A stretch of 64,000 nt of DNA, taken from NCBI GenBank assembly GCA_041662625.1, contig JBAZSB010000001.1:535189-599188 (forward strand), written 5' to 3'. The translations under genes were made by a program, and so were the position numbers. This stretch comes from Patescibacteria group bacterium (lineage in GTDB: Bacteria; Patescibacteriota; Patescibacteriia; Buchananbacterales; UBA6539). The number at the start of each line of letters is the position of its first letter. Position 1 is the first letter of the stretch. The notes under the pieces were generated by a model. The model did no database searches, was not told the origin of the DNA, and worked only from the letters and a program-made list of their open reading frames with translations. This document shows positions 38,841 to 48,308 of this stretch, in pieces.

Positions 38841-38904
38841 AAACAGCTTATAAAAAGCAAGTAAAAGTAAATAAAGCCCGCTTTTACTCGCTTTTATTAA
38901 CTTC

Positions 38905-40015
38905 TTACTCGCTTTTACCTGCTTTATTAATAAATCTTAAATAACTTTCCACAAACTTGTCAATCTCGCCTCCTAAAACCGCGTTAGCATCGGCCGTCTC
39001 AAATTCTGTTCGATGATCCTTAACCATTTTGTAAGGCTGCAAGACATAAGACCGGATTTGATTGCCCCATTCAGCCGCTAAAACTTCCCCCCTAATTTCG
39101 GCTAGCTCTTTACCTTTGGCCGCTTCCTGGAGTTTGGCCAATTTCGCCTGTAATAGTTTTAAAGCAATTTTTTTGTTTTGCAATTGTGATCTTTCACTTT
39201 GACACTTCACCACGATTCCAGTCGGCAGATGAGTAATGCGAACTGCCGAATCAGTGGTATTAACACTTTGGCCGCCATGGCCGCCGGAACGGAATACGTC
39301 AATCTTCAAATCTTCGGTTTTGATTTTGACTTCTTCATCGTCTTCTAGAATTGGCATGACCTCAATTAAAGCAAAGGAAGTATGGCGCATTTTTTCCGCA
39401 TCAAACGGCGAAATCCGCACCAAGCGGTGAACACCAGCTTCGGATTTTAAATTACCGTAAGCATAAGGCCCTAAAATTTCAAAGGTAACACTTTTAATAC
39501 CAGCTTCCTGACCGCGACTTTCATCAATTATTTTGGTAGTAAAATTTTTCTTTTCACAGTAGCGCAGATACATCCGCAGCAACATCTGCGCCCAGTCCTG
39601 AGCTTCCACGCCGCCGGTCCCGGCATGAATTGCTAAAATGGCATTATTCCTATCATACTTACCCGAAAATAAAACCAGAAGCTCCAGCTTCCCAAAACGC
39701 TTATTTAAATGATTTAAATCTTTGGTTAATTCAGACTGAATTGAACTATCATTTTCAATTTCTGCTTCTTGGGCTAATTCTAAACTGCTATTAACCTCAG
39801 CGGTAATACTTTCCCAATCCTTAACAACTGATTTTAAACTTTCCAGCCGCCGGGAAATTAATTTAGCCTGATCTTGATCATGCCAAAAATCAGGCCGATT
39901 TACTTTAGTTTCTAATTTTTTAATTTCAAGCTTAAGACCACCAAGGTCAAAGTAACCTCCGGGTGGCTGAAATCTTTTGTTTCAACTCTTTCAATTTTTG
40001 AATTATTTCTCTCAT
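38905..40015 (-). CDS. prfB: Peptide chain release factor 2 with programmed +1 frameshift
   Basis: ORF1 [13 protein letters not shown] then GGAGG-TTA-CTT-TGA-C slip site (39960-39946); SPF and GGQ motifs in ORF2. Confidence 0.95.
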
Positions 40016-40105
40016 ATTTAAACTTCGAGCTAAGAACTATGAACCCCAAACCTTGAACAATAAATGAATGTTTGCAGTTCTAGGCTCTAGGTTCTAAGTT
40101 CCATG

Positions 40106-40504
40106 CTATTTATTAATGCAGCCTTGAATTTTATCAAAAGTTTTCCCGGCCCCAGTCTCCTGGCAAAGGCAAAAATTCCCCAGTTTATTACGATACCAAA
40201 AGCCACCGGTATCCTGGCAGAGCTTTTTTTCCTGCTCAGTTGCCACTAAAACATTAAGGGGAATTTTTTGACAACGCTTAAATTCTAAATCCTGACACTG
40301 AGGACAAGTCGGCCCATAAATTCCTTCACACTCATCTTTGGCAAAACAGGTTTTCTCGTCTGAAAGATTGCCGCAAATACCGAGTTTATCAACATATTGC
40401 TTCAGCAACCAATCAGTCTGACTATGATAAAGATAAGTAAAAACACTAGCAACCATCGCCACGGCAATAAATATTGAAAAGATTATAATCGTTCGGCTAG
40501 ACAT
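40106..40504 (-). CDS. Membrane-anchored Cys-rich hypothetical protein
   Basis: N-terminal hydrophobic segment; 10 Cys. Confidence 0.75.
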   Translation of the reverse strand: MSSRTIIIFSIFIAVAMVASVFTYLYHSQTDWLLKQYVDKLGICGNLSDEKTCFAKDECEGIYGPTCPQCQDLEFKRCQKIPLNVLVATEQEKKLCQDTGGFWYRNKLGNFCLCQETGAGKTFDKIQGCINK

Positions 40505-40532
40505 ATTTTTAAATTAATCTTGAATTAATTAT

Positions 40533-40865
40533 TTAAAATCGATAGATAAACTTCTCAAAACAATTGACTCGATCTTTGGTCAATTTGATTCCTTCATTTT
40601 TCAAAAGCCATAATTTTTTCTTTGGGCCCAAGCAATACCCGCCGGTTCGACCATCAGAGCGGATAACTCGATGACAAGGGGTTGTAATCAAATCAGGGTT
40701 TTTCTTTAAGGCACTAGCAACAGCCCGAATGGCTCTGGGCCGACCAAGCGCTTTGGCTAACAATTTATAAGTTGTAACTTTACCCAAAGGAATTTTTTTG
40801 ACGGCTGAAAAAACTGCTTTGGTAAAATCTGTTGAATTTTCAAATTTATCTTGACTCGTTTCCAT
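40533..40865 (-). CDS. MGMT-family methylated-DNA-protein-cysteine methyltransferase (C-terminal domain only)
   Basis: IPLGKVTTY, RAVASAL..NP, PCHRV active site. Confidence 0.9.
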   Translation of the reverse strand: METSQDKFENSTDFTKAVFSAVKKIPLGKVTTYKLLAKALGRPRAIRAVASALKKNPDLITTPCHRVIRSDGRTGGYCLGPKKKLWLLKNEGIKLTKDRVNCFEKFIYRF

Positions 40866-41313
40866 TCTTTTCAGCATTAGTCAATGATTGGATTTGCTGA
40901 AGTAAATTTTGATTAGCCGGACCACTACCAATATTTAAAAGTTCCCCATAAGGAGCAAAGGCTTCACGAATTAATGCCGGCCCATAAATTATACCAATCG
41001 CTAAAGGAACAAGAATAATTAAAATCTTAAACACTCCCCAAACTCGCTGCCAGGCAACCCAGTGTTTGATCTTTTTGGTCATTTCATAAAGCTCCTGAGA
41101 AACTTTTAAGTTTTCCTGCAAAAGCTTTTGGAGTTCCTGCTGGGATTTTAATTCGGCTGAGCCCTCAATTTTCTCTTGCCGTAAAACTTTAGTATAGCGT
41201 AAATTCTCTTCAACCAAACTCCTCACCTCATCAATTCGCTCCTGGAATGATTTAGTTTGGTCCGAAAGGTTTAAATTTACCTTTTGTCTTTTAGAATTAC
41301 TTACGCCATTCAT
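40846..41313 (-). CDS. Hypothetical coiled-coil membrane protein
   Basis: Repeated EENL/QENL helices and one TM segment. Confidence 0.7.
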   Translation of the reverse strand: MNGVSNSKRQKVNLNLSDQTKSFQERIDEVRSLVEENLRYTKVLRQEKIEGSAELKSQQELQKLLQENLKVSQELYEMTKKIKHWVAWQRVWGVFKILIILVPLAIGIIYGPALIREAFAPYGELLNIGSGPANQNLLQQIQSLTNAEKNGNESR

Positions 41314-41398
41314 ACCATAATTATACTATATTTAGCTAAATTAAAAAAGATCCCACCAAAGCAGGATCTTTTTTAATATTTATGAGTTTTACTTATCT

Positions 41399-43003
41399 TT
41401 AGAGTCCTTTATCAGTATTAATGTCTGGTGAAGCATTTTGAATTGCAGTTTTATCAAAATCAGCTGCCGCCGCAATTTCAGTACCAATTTTGTAATTAAT
41501 GAAGAAAGAGTCAGGTACATCTTCAACTAATGTTGGCCAACTGGCCCCATATAAAGCTTCGGCAATAGCAGCAGTTTTAACCCACATTAAAGTTCCATTT
41601 TGGGCCACTGCATAAACCTTAGGATCGGTTTGAATTTTAACCAATTTAACGCCTGGCCGATAAGTCACATTGCCACCAATGGCATAACTAGCTAATTCAG
41701 TTGCACTGACGGTTTTGACCGTTGAAAAGTCAGCATACCAAGTTTTATATGTCTTTTCATGAGGGAAAACATAACGCTTACCATTGCTGCCAAGATAATA
41801 AACTGCTTTACAGGGATCATTTACTCCGGCACCAGCCGCACAGGCTAGTTTCACTAATTCGCCGCCTTCTGCTTTTTGGGTACCGATCAAAGCAAATAAG
41901 GTGAAGTGAGCAGTTTCCACGGTAATTTTATTATTGGCTGCATCAAGTGTCCCACCTAAATTTAACCATTTCTGACCGGTTGTATCCCAGTAGTAAACTG
42001 CTAGGGTTGACTCACTAATATTTTTTATCTCTTCATCAGTATAAGCAAAAGTTAAAGCCACTTTTTTGCTGAAGGTAGTAACGCTTGTACCACCAACCGT
42101 TAGGGCTAGGTCATAAACTTTGCTACCCACCACCTGATTATCACCTGTTGGGGCGGTATAGCTAGTGGTCGGGTCAATTGTCACGCTGCCACTACCCGAA
42201 ACTGCGCCACTTGGCACAACAACGGATAATTTACCATCACTTAGAGTGGTTGTCCCACCTGCTTCAGCCGTGACATTGCCTGTTGTCGTTTCTGCTGGCG
42301 CGACTAATTCAATCGAGTCACTGACCGCAGTTGAATCACCGCCGCTTGAACTCCGGAATTTAACGTAAACAGTTTTAGTCCCAACACCGGAAGTCAATGT
42401 CCAGCTTTTGCTAGTGGCATAAGTCACCCAACTGCCTGCATCAGTAAAATCTGATTTATTGGCAATCAGCATCGTTGCCGCATTAGTGGCAGCTAAAGTT
42501 AAGGTAACAGCTGTATTCTCAGTTTGAGCATCATTATTATTGATCTTAACCGAAGTTGCACTAGGAATAACTGTTGCTGCCCCGCCGCCGCCACCACCAC
42601 CACCGGTACTGCCGCCACCACCAAGAATAGTTGAACATAGGGTGTCACTTACGGTTAAAGTTACACTTTGGGTGCTAGCCGAGGTTAAAGTAATGTGAGA
42701 AGCAGAAACCGAATCACAAGCGTAAGAACCCACGTCATTAACAGAAACTGAGAATAGATAACCTTGGCTTGACTGAAAAGTAATATTTGAATCAGAGGCT
42801 AAACCAACAGTTAAAGTCGAGTCATTATTAATAGTCAATGATTCAACCAGGGAACCGTTAGTAATAGTCAAAGTTTTAGTATTAGGCAAAGAAACTGTGA
42901 CCGCTGCATCATAAGTTACTGCTGCTGCCAAGGCACTAAGGGGCAAAAGCAAAGCCAGAGAAAATATTACTAACCCAAAGCTTCTCAAAAATATCTTGCG
43001 CAT
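41399..43003 (-). CDS. Secreted/surface protein with CPR-type C-terminal domain
   Basis: Signal peptide, poly-Gly linker, HFTLFA motif, VYY...GKRYVFP.EKTY.TWY.DFS. Confidence 0.8.
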   Translation of the reverse strand: MRKIFLRSFGLVIFSLALLLPLSALAAAVTYDAAVTVSLPNTKTLTITNGSLVESLTINNDSTLTVGLASDSNITFQSSQGYLFSVSVNDVGSYACDSVSASHITLTSASTQSVTLTVSDTLCSTILGGGGSTGGGGGGGGAATVIPSATSVKINNNDAQTENTAVTLTLAATNAATMLIANKSDFTDAGSWVTYATSKSWTLTSGVGTKTVYVKFRSSSGGDSTAVSDSIELVAPAETTTGNVTAEAGGTTTLSDGKLSVVVPSGAVSGSGSVTIDPTTSYTAPTGDNQVVGSKVYDLALTVGGTSVTTFSKKVALTFAYTDEEIKNISESTLAVYYWDTTGQKWLNLGGTLDAANNKITVETAHFTLFALIGTQKAEGGELVKLACAAGAGVNDPCKAVYYLGSNGKRYVFPHEKTYKTWYADFSTVKTVSATELASYAIGGNVTYRPGVKLVKIQTDPKVYAVAQNGTLMWVKTAAIAEALYGASWPTLVEDVPDSFFINYKIGTEIAAAADFDKTAIQNASPDINTDKGL

Positions 43004-43035
43004 AAAATTATTTAGGTTAATTAATAATTCTCTGT

Positions 43036-43674
43036 TTAATTACAACGCCCTGCCTGACAAGTCAACGCGGGTGTACCTGAAGCAGTAAGACCATTAATGA
43101 AGCAGTTGTAATAAGCGCCATCAAAACCCGCTAACTCTAAACAACCAACTTGTTTTTTCACTTCCCCAGTCGTGATATCACCAACACTAACAGTTGAAGT
43201 TCCAGTTGTCTCATCACGCGAAAATATTCCGGGCGTGGTTGTCGCTGTCGCTGAAGCTAAATCAAAATTGCTACCGCTAACCACTAAATCACCGTCAATT
43301 TCAACATCATCCTGAACATATAAATCACCACCAGCCACATTTAAGCTATTGGCAACTCCCGTACCAACCCATAAAGCTGCCGTTGTTGTAACTGTCCCCC
43401 CAACTAACACATCATCAGAAACTGCTAAATCGGCATCATAATCAAAACCATTAGGAACAGTAAAGCCATCCCCTACCATTAAGTAATTAGTAGTTGTAGC
43501 CGAAGTGGTTGTGGCACGACCAGTGACGGTTAAAAGACCAGCAGTAGTGATGTCACTGCCAATTGTTGTCGCTGCATAAACAACTGACATAACAAAAAGC
43601 GAGGCAATTAATACTACTACCGCGCTCTGGAAAAACGGAGAAAATTTTGCTAATTTACTTTTTATTTCTCTCAT
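43036..43674 (-). CDS. Secreted Thr-rich hypothetical protein
   Basis: Signal-like N-terminus ending VYA-ATTIG; ATTTS motifs. Confidence 0.75.
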   Translation of the reverse strand: MREIKSKLAKFSPFFQSAVVVLIASLFVMSVVYAATTIGSDITTAGLLTVTGRATTTSATTTNYLMVGDGFTVPNGFDYDADLAVSDDVLVGGTVTTTAALWVGTGVANSLNVAGGDLYVQDDVEIDGDLVVSGSNFDLASATATTTPGIFSRDETTGTSTVSVGDITTGEVKKQVGCLELAGFDGAYYNCFINGLTASGTPALTCQAGRCN

Positions 43675-43910
43675 AAGACCTTGAATTTAGTTTATTAGTT
43701 TTTAACTTATATTTTAATTTGTGTTTTTTCCAAAAAAAATATTATTCCAAAAATAATAATATTAATAATTAATTAAATTAAAATACCTCCTTTCCTTAAG
43801 TTCAATTATACCACAAAATCAGAAAAAACGACATTTAGAAAAACTGTGGATAACTTTTCATTTATTACTTACCGTAGCTTACCTTACCCGCCTTAAATTG
43901 TTGGCTAAAT

Positions 43911-44450
43911 TTAGTTATTTATTGCAGCCAAAACCTTCAATTTACTTGATTTCGCCCAAATCATTGCTCCTTCATAAACACCAAATAAAACCGAAGTATA
44001 AAAGAGATCACCAAGCATTGAATTACGGAAGAAAGGTAAGGCGAGGGTATAACAATGAATCAAGCCGGCAAAACTTTTAGTATACCAGGGGGAAAATTGC
44101 CAAACCGCATAATTAGTCACTAAATAAAATAAAACTGAAGCAACCAGACTGGTGGCCACTACAGTTTCTAAACTTTTATATCTTTTAATTAGGCTACCTA
44201 ATAAACCAATTATGATAAAACTGCTATAAACTGCTAACATCACTTTAAAATCGTAGAAACCAATAAATAAATCGCCAATTAGCATCGTGATGACGGGTAA
44301 AACAACAGCGTAACGCCGGCCTAAGTAAACACCAGCGAATAAGGCAATTGCTGCTACCGGCGCAAAATTCCACATATGCGGCAGAAGCCGGCAACTGACT
44401 CCCAAAATAATGAGGATAGCTGAGATAATAAGTTTAGTTTTTTTGTCCAT
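43911..44450 (-). CDS. DUF6580-like membrane transporter (ECF S-component-like)
   Basis: RLLPH.WNFAPV.A.ALF.G, TNYAVW, CY..ALPF; last gene of the B12-riboswitch operon. Confidence 0.75.
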   Translation of the reverse strand: MDKKTKLIISAILIILGVSCRLLPHMWNFAPVAAIALFAGVYLGRRYAVVLPVITMLIGDLFIGFYDFKVMLAVYSSFIIIGLLGSLIKRYKSLETVVATSLVASVLFYLVTNYAVWQFSPWYTKSFAGLIHCYTLALPFFRNSMLGDLFYTSVLFGVYEGAMIWAKSSKLKVLAAINN

Positions 44451-44488
44451 ATACTTTTTTAATTTCTTAATTTTTTAATTTCTTATTA

Positions 44489-44944
44489 TTATTGAATTTG
44501 CCCCCGAATATATTTCCATTCGACAAAATCACCATCATTCAGCTTATAGGCGCTGGCCCCAATCTCAGCATATTTATTATTGACCCAGTACTGCCAATAT
44601 TTATCACCAGCAATACTGTTTTTTATGTCCCCGACTCCTTCCACAAAAACTCCGAGTTCACCGTAATCTTTGGAGCTTAATTTCAAATTATTTTCTGAGG
44701 TGACTTTTTCCAATAAAGTAAAAACTGCGGCATCTTTGGCTAAACTAACATCGTTAAATGTCCGGACTTGGCCATTGCCGAAATCAAGCATCAGACTAAC
44801 AACGATTGTTTCTTTTTGGTTTTGCTCCAAAGGTTGATTAATTGCTTTATTGCCATCAGAGGGCGATAAAGCTTGCTGACCCCCAATATAGAAACCAGCA
44901 ACGAAGATAGCGACGGCAATGATAATTTTAGCCAGTAGTTTCAT
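44489..44944 (-). CDS. DUF4430 (transcobalamin C-terminal-like) protein
   Basis: YGELGVFVEGV...YWQYWVN.....GA..Y.L..GD.VEW. Confidence 0.85.
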   Translation of the reverse strand: MKLLAKIIIAVAIFVAGFYIGGQQALSPSDGNKAINQPLEQNQKETIVVSLMLDFGNGQVRTFNDVSLAKDAAVFTLLEKVTSENNLKLSSKDYGELGVFVEGVGDIKNSIAGDKYWQYWVNNKYAEIGASAYKLNDGDFVEWKYIRGQIQ

Positions 44945-44982
44945 AGTTATTAGATTAGGAATTAGTTATTAGGTATTAGGAA

Positions 44983-45525
44983 TTAGGCTCTAGTGCGCCT
45001 AATTACTAACCACCTCTTATACAGCAATTTTACCCCAAAAACTAATCCTAAACAAGCAGCCACTAAGACAATTAAGCCGACTATTAACCACCAGGTTGGC
45101 CAGCCCAAGCTATTAATAGTAATTGGCAATTTCACCCCAGATGCTGCAGAAAAGCTTGAAGCCTCTAAGGGCCGAGCCACAATGGAAATATTAGTACTAA
45201 ATAAACCCGGCGTCTTAACTCTGATTTGGACTTTCACTAGTTGGTTTGCTCCGGCATCAAGCAAAAAATCAGTTGGTGCAATTTCAATTGCCTTTTCTAA
45301 AGCATCGGGATAAATCTGATATAAGGCTGGCTGATCAGCGACATTCATCACCAAAAATTCAGTAACAGTCACTTTACCAGTTTTAACTTGTAAATCAATT
45401 CGTTTCGGCTTAACCCCTACCCCCACTGCCTGAACCGACTGTCCAATCATAAAACTTACTAAAATCAAGATCAATAACCCACCAAAATTCCTGCGATTGG
45501 CGATTGGCGATTGGCGATTGGCCAT
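44983..45525 (-). CDS. Membrane-anchored Ig-like hypothetical protein
   Basis: Signal ending AVGVGVKP, beta-rich body, C-terminal TM; start uncertain because of the (GCGATTG)x4 repeat. Confidence 0.7.
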   Translation of the reverse strand: MANRQSPIANRRNFGGLLILILVSFMIGQSVQAVGVGVKPKRIDLQVKTGKVTVTEFLVMNVADQPALYQIYPDALEKAIEIAPTDFLLDAGANQLVKVQIRVKTPGLFSTNISIVARPLEASSFSAASGVKLPITINSLGWPTWWLIVGLIVLVAACLGLVFGVKLLYKRWLVIRRTRA

Positions 45526-45528
45526 AAG

Positions 45529-47316
45529 CTATTGACTGGTAGCCCAAAAAATCAATTCGCCAGACTTAACACCGGAAGCCAAATAATTTCCCGGAACAGT
45601 TAAAGAAATCCCGGCAGTTTTACTTTCATTGGGCAGAAGGGTTTCGGTATAATCAGTACAAAGCTGGTCATTGATTTTAATCCCTGAAACAAAAACAACA
45701 TCACCGCTAACCGCAGCACCGACGTTTAAGCCGACTGTCCCGCCATTAGTTAAATTAACAACCCGGCTGTTAGTTTGGCCCGGCGCCAAAGTGCCGAAGT
45801 TAAGCTGGGACTGATCAACTACCAAAGCAATGGCTTCACCGCCAATATTACCGCCACCACTTTGGTTAATCTCAACTTGTAAACCCACTTTTTGACTGAC
45901 TGTATCACCAACAGTAATTTTTGATTTTTCACTACGAATAAATCCTGGCGTATCAATGTAAACTTGATAAAAACCATTCTGATTGATCGTTAAGGTCAGA
46001 TGCCCCGAAGCATCAGCAGTCCGAACTTCTTCGTTGACTTTAATCACTGCATTAGGTAAAGGCAACCAATCAGTGCCATTGAAATATTGGGCGGCAACAT
46101 TGACCACTTCACCCGGATCTATCTCAAGTGGACTGGCATTAAGTTGCGTTGGATTCCAGCCCCATTCACCATAATAGAAAAGGACTTCATCGCCGGCTGC
46201 CAAAGTATAGCTATCAGCGCCGATTGGCGGCGAAATATTATCCACGAAATAAAGCCAGCCTGACGTTCCTTGCGCTTGCTCATCATTGATTGCCCGTAGA
46301 TACGGGCCGTAACTTTCTTGAGTGATTGTATAAGTATAACCGCAGATGGCTGCAGCGTTTTTCACTAAATCTAAAGCGTTAGTACCAGCCACTTGGGTAT
46401 CACAAATAGTGCTGGTGCTACCCTCAAGTCGAAGATGATAAGTACCCAGGTTTGAACCGTTTTGATAATAGCCAACCGGATAAGTTTTATTACTTAAAGC
46501 AATAACCGCAAAAGCCGTCATCGCCTTATTATTCCACTCCGAAGTGCCTTCCGTAACCCACCAAAAACCGCCATCTCCATCCTGCAAAGATTGTAAATGA
46601 GTAACTGGATTTTTTCCATTCTGATTCCAACTGTTGGGATTAACCCCCGCTTTAATCAGGGCGGAAATCACCCAGGAATCTGACCCAGCATCAGAATCAC
46701 TTCCCACCTCATACCCAATTCCCCCGTCAGCATTTTGGGCGGATTGAATATAGGCTAAAGCCCCAGTAATTACCACATCACTGTTGCTAACTCCAGCTTC
46801 AACTAAAGCCATGATCGCCGCGGCCGTGTCATTGGTATCGCTGCCAGCACCAACCGAATAGCTCCAGCCGCCATCAACATTTTGATGAGCTAACAAAAAA
46901 TTCTTCGCCGCACTGGCTTCTGGTGAGTTAACTTCACCCACTGAAGCTAGGGCTAGAATCGACCAGGCATCATCATTCAGTAAATTTTTGTCTCCCATTT
47001 GGTTATCACTAAAATACGTTTTCAGTTTAGCTACATAATCAATGGTGCCAAAAGTTTTGGGGTTTTCCCCAACTGCGGCCAAAGCTAAGATAGTTTTGGC
47101 GTAATCCGTGGCTAAATTACCGGAAACACTATGCAAGTAGCCAACTGGAATACTGGTTTCACCGGCTGCTTTTAAAGCCAAAGTGATCCACGGATCATCA
47201 ACTTGGCTTTTCAGATAAGTTACTGCTTCTGGGACTCCAGCCGATACAAAAGCCGGCTGAAAGATGAATGCTAGCATCAGCAAACTAACCCAGAAATTTT
47301 TGATTTTTGTCCTCAT
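45529..47316 (-). CDS. Secreted alpha/alpha-barrel (prenyltransferase/squalene-oxidase repeats) + DUF4430 protein, transcobalamin-like architecture
   Basis: QNxDGG repeats; YGPYL..I......GWLYFVD....GAD.Y.L..GD.V.FYY. Confidence 0.8.
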   Translation of the reverse strand: MRTKIKNFWVSLLMLAFIFQPAFVSAGVPEAVTYLKSQVDDPWITLALKAAGETSIPVGYLHSVSGNLATDYAKTILALAAVGENPKTFGTIDYVAKLKTYFSDNQMGDKNLLNDDAWSILALASVGEVNSPEASAAKNFLLAHQNVDGGWSYSVGAGSDTNDTAAAIMALVEAGVSNSDVVITGALAYIQSAQNADGGIGYEVGSDSDAGSDSWVISALIKAGVNPNSWNQNGKNPVTHLQSLQDGDGGFWWVTEGTSEWNNKAMTAFAVIALSNKTYPVGYYQNGSNLGTYHLRLEGSTSTICDTQVAGTNALDLVKNAAAICGYTYTITQESYGPYLRAINDEQAQGTSGWLYFVDNISPPIGADSYTLAAGDEVLFYYGEWGWNPTQLNASPLEIDPGEVVNVAAQYFNGTDWLPLPNAVIKVNEEVRTADASGHLTLTINQNGFYQVYIDTPGFIRSEKSKITVGDTVSQKVGLQVEINQSGGGNIGGEAIALVVDQSQLNFGTLAPGQTNSRVVNLTNGGTVGLNVGAAVSGDVVFVSGIKINDQLCTDYTETLLPNESKTAGISLTVPGNYLASGVKSGELIFWATSQ

Positions 47317-47321
47317 AAACA

Positions 47322-47346
47322 AAAAATCTCCCGCCTCGAGGGGGAG
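47322..47346 (-). terminator. Riboswitch expression-platform terminator
   Basis: CTCCC-CCTCGAGGC-GGGAG + ATTTTTT. Confidence 0.7.
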
Positions 47347-47421
47347 TGGTTACTTCATTCGTTCTCTTAGAAAACGAAAGGTCACCGACTCTTGATCTCG
47401 AAGAGTTTAGTGATTTAATAG

Positions 47422-47520
47422 AGCCATAATTTTCTCGACCTGGCTTACCCCGATTTTATATTGGGGATTACAGTTGCGGATCAGCGGAGGATTCACACCT
47501 CGCTTCGGAAAATTAAAGCT
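47422..47520 (-). promoter_or_regulatory. Cobalamin riboswitch (compact)
   Basis: GGTGTGAATCC, CCGCAACTGTAA and AAGCCAG conserved blocks; closing stem AGCTTTAATTTTC/GAAAATTATGGCT; promoter TTGACA-N17-TACAAT at 47567-47539. Confidence 0.88.
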
Positions 47521-47703
47521 GTTTGTCAAAGTATTATCATTGTAGATTGTCTAATTTTCAGTGTCAAGTAAATTTTGTGGATAACTTAATTTTTGGTCTA
47601 ATTTTTAATTTTGAATTTTAAATTTTGAATGAATTTTTAATAATTTAATATTCTAATATTCAAAATTGAATTGAAATTCGAAATTAAAAATTAAAAATTT
47701 TTG

Positions 47704-48231
47704 CTAATCTTCAATTCCTTTCCTCGCTTTTAACCCTTGTCTATACGGGTGCTTAATCTCTCTCATTTCCGTCACATAGTCAGCCAGCTTAATTACTTCT
47801 TTTGGCGCTCGGCGGCCAGTCAATACTAACTCAACATTTTTTGGCTTATTTCTAATTAGCTTAATAATATCAGCTATGTAAATCAGCTTAAAAAAGCTCG
47901 CTAAAAAAATCTCGTCCAAAATGACTAGATCAAACTTTTGGCCGGCTATTACCTTTTTGCTCCAACCAAGCGCCTTTTTGGCTAAAATTTTGTCTTTAGC
48001 CGTGCCTTTTTGGTAGATGTAGCTTTCCTGGCCAAAGCGCTTAACTGTGACTTGTGGCAGCCTCTTTAAGCTGTTTAACTCACTATACTGCTGGGCTTTC
48101 AGGAATTGGACAATATAAACCTTATGGCCGGCGCCACTGGCTCGCAAAGCCAAACCAAAGGCCGCCGTGGTTTTGCCCTTACCATCGCCAGTATAAATAT
48201 GGATTTTACCTAAATTATTTTTCATAACCAT
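47704..48231 (-). CDS. cobO: Cob(I)alamin adenosyltransferase (CobO/BtuR)
   Basis: YTGDGKGKTTAA.G.ALRA.G, QFLK, LDEI, LTGR, KHPY..G..AR.GI. Confidence 0.93.
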   Translation of the reverse strand: MVMKNNLGKIHIYTGDGKGKTTAAFGLALRASGAGHKVYIVQFLKAQQYSELNSLKRLPQVTVKRFGQESYIYQKGTAKDKILAKKALGWSKKVIAGQKFDLVILDEIFLASFFKLIYIADIIKLIRNKPKNVELVLTGRRAPKEVIKLADYVTEMREIKHPYRQGLKARKGIED

Positions 48232-48308
48232 ATTATAGACCAATCCACCTATAAAAAACAAACCCCCGCCTAGGAGGGATCTGTTTTAAATTATTTAAAC
48301 TGATTTTA

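Noticed and set aside
38905-39609. prfB as a truncated gene or pseudogene (234-aa ORF in the track)
   Set aside because: The frame stays open upstream to the canonical CTT-TGA-C slip site and an N-terminal ORF starts at 40015; this is normal programmed frameshifting.
36202-47584. Replication origin inferred from DnaA boxes
   Set aside because: The boxes are single, kilobases apart and promoter-associated; no cluster and no dnaA gene in the window.
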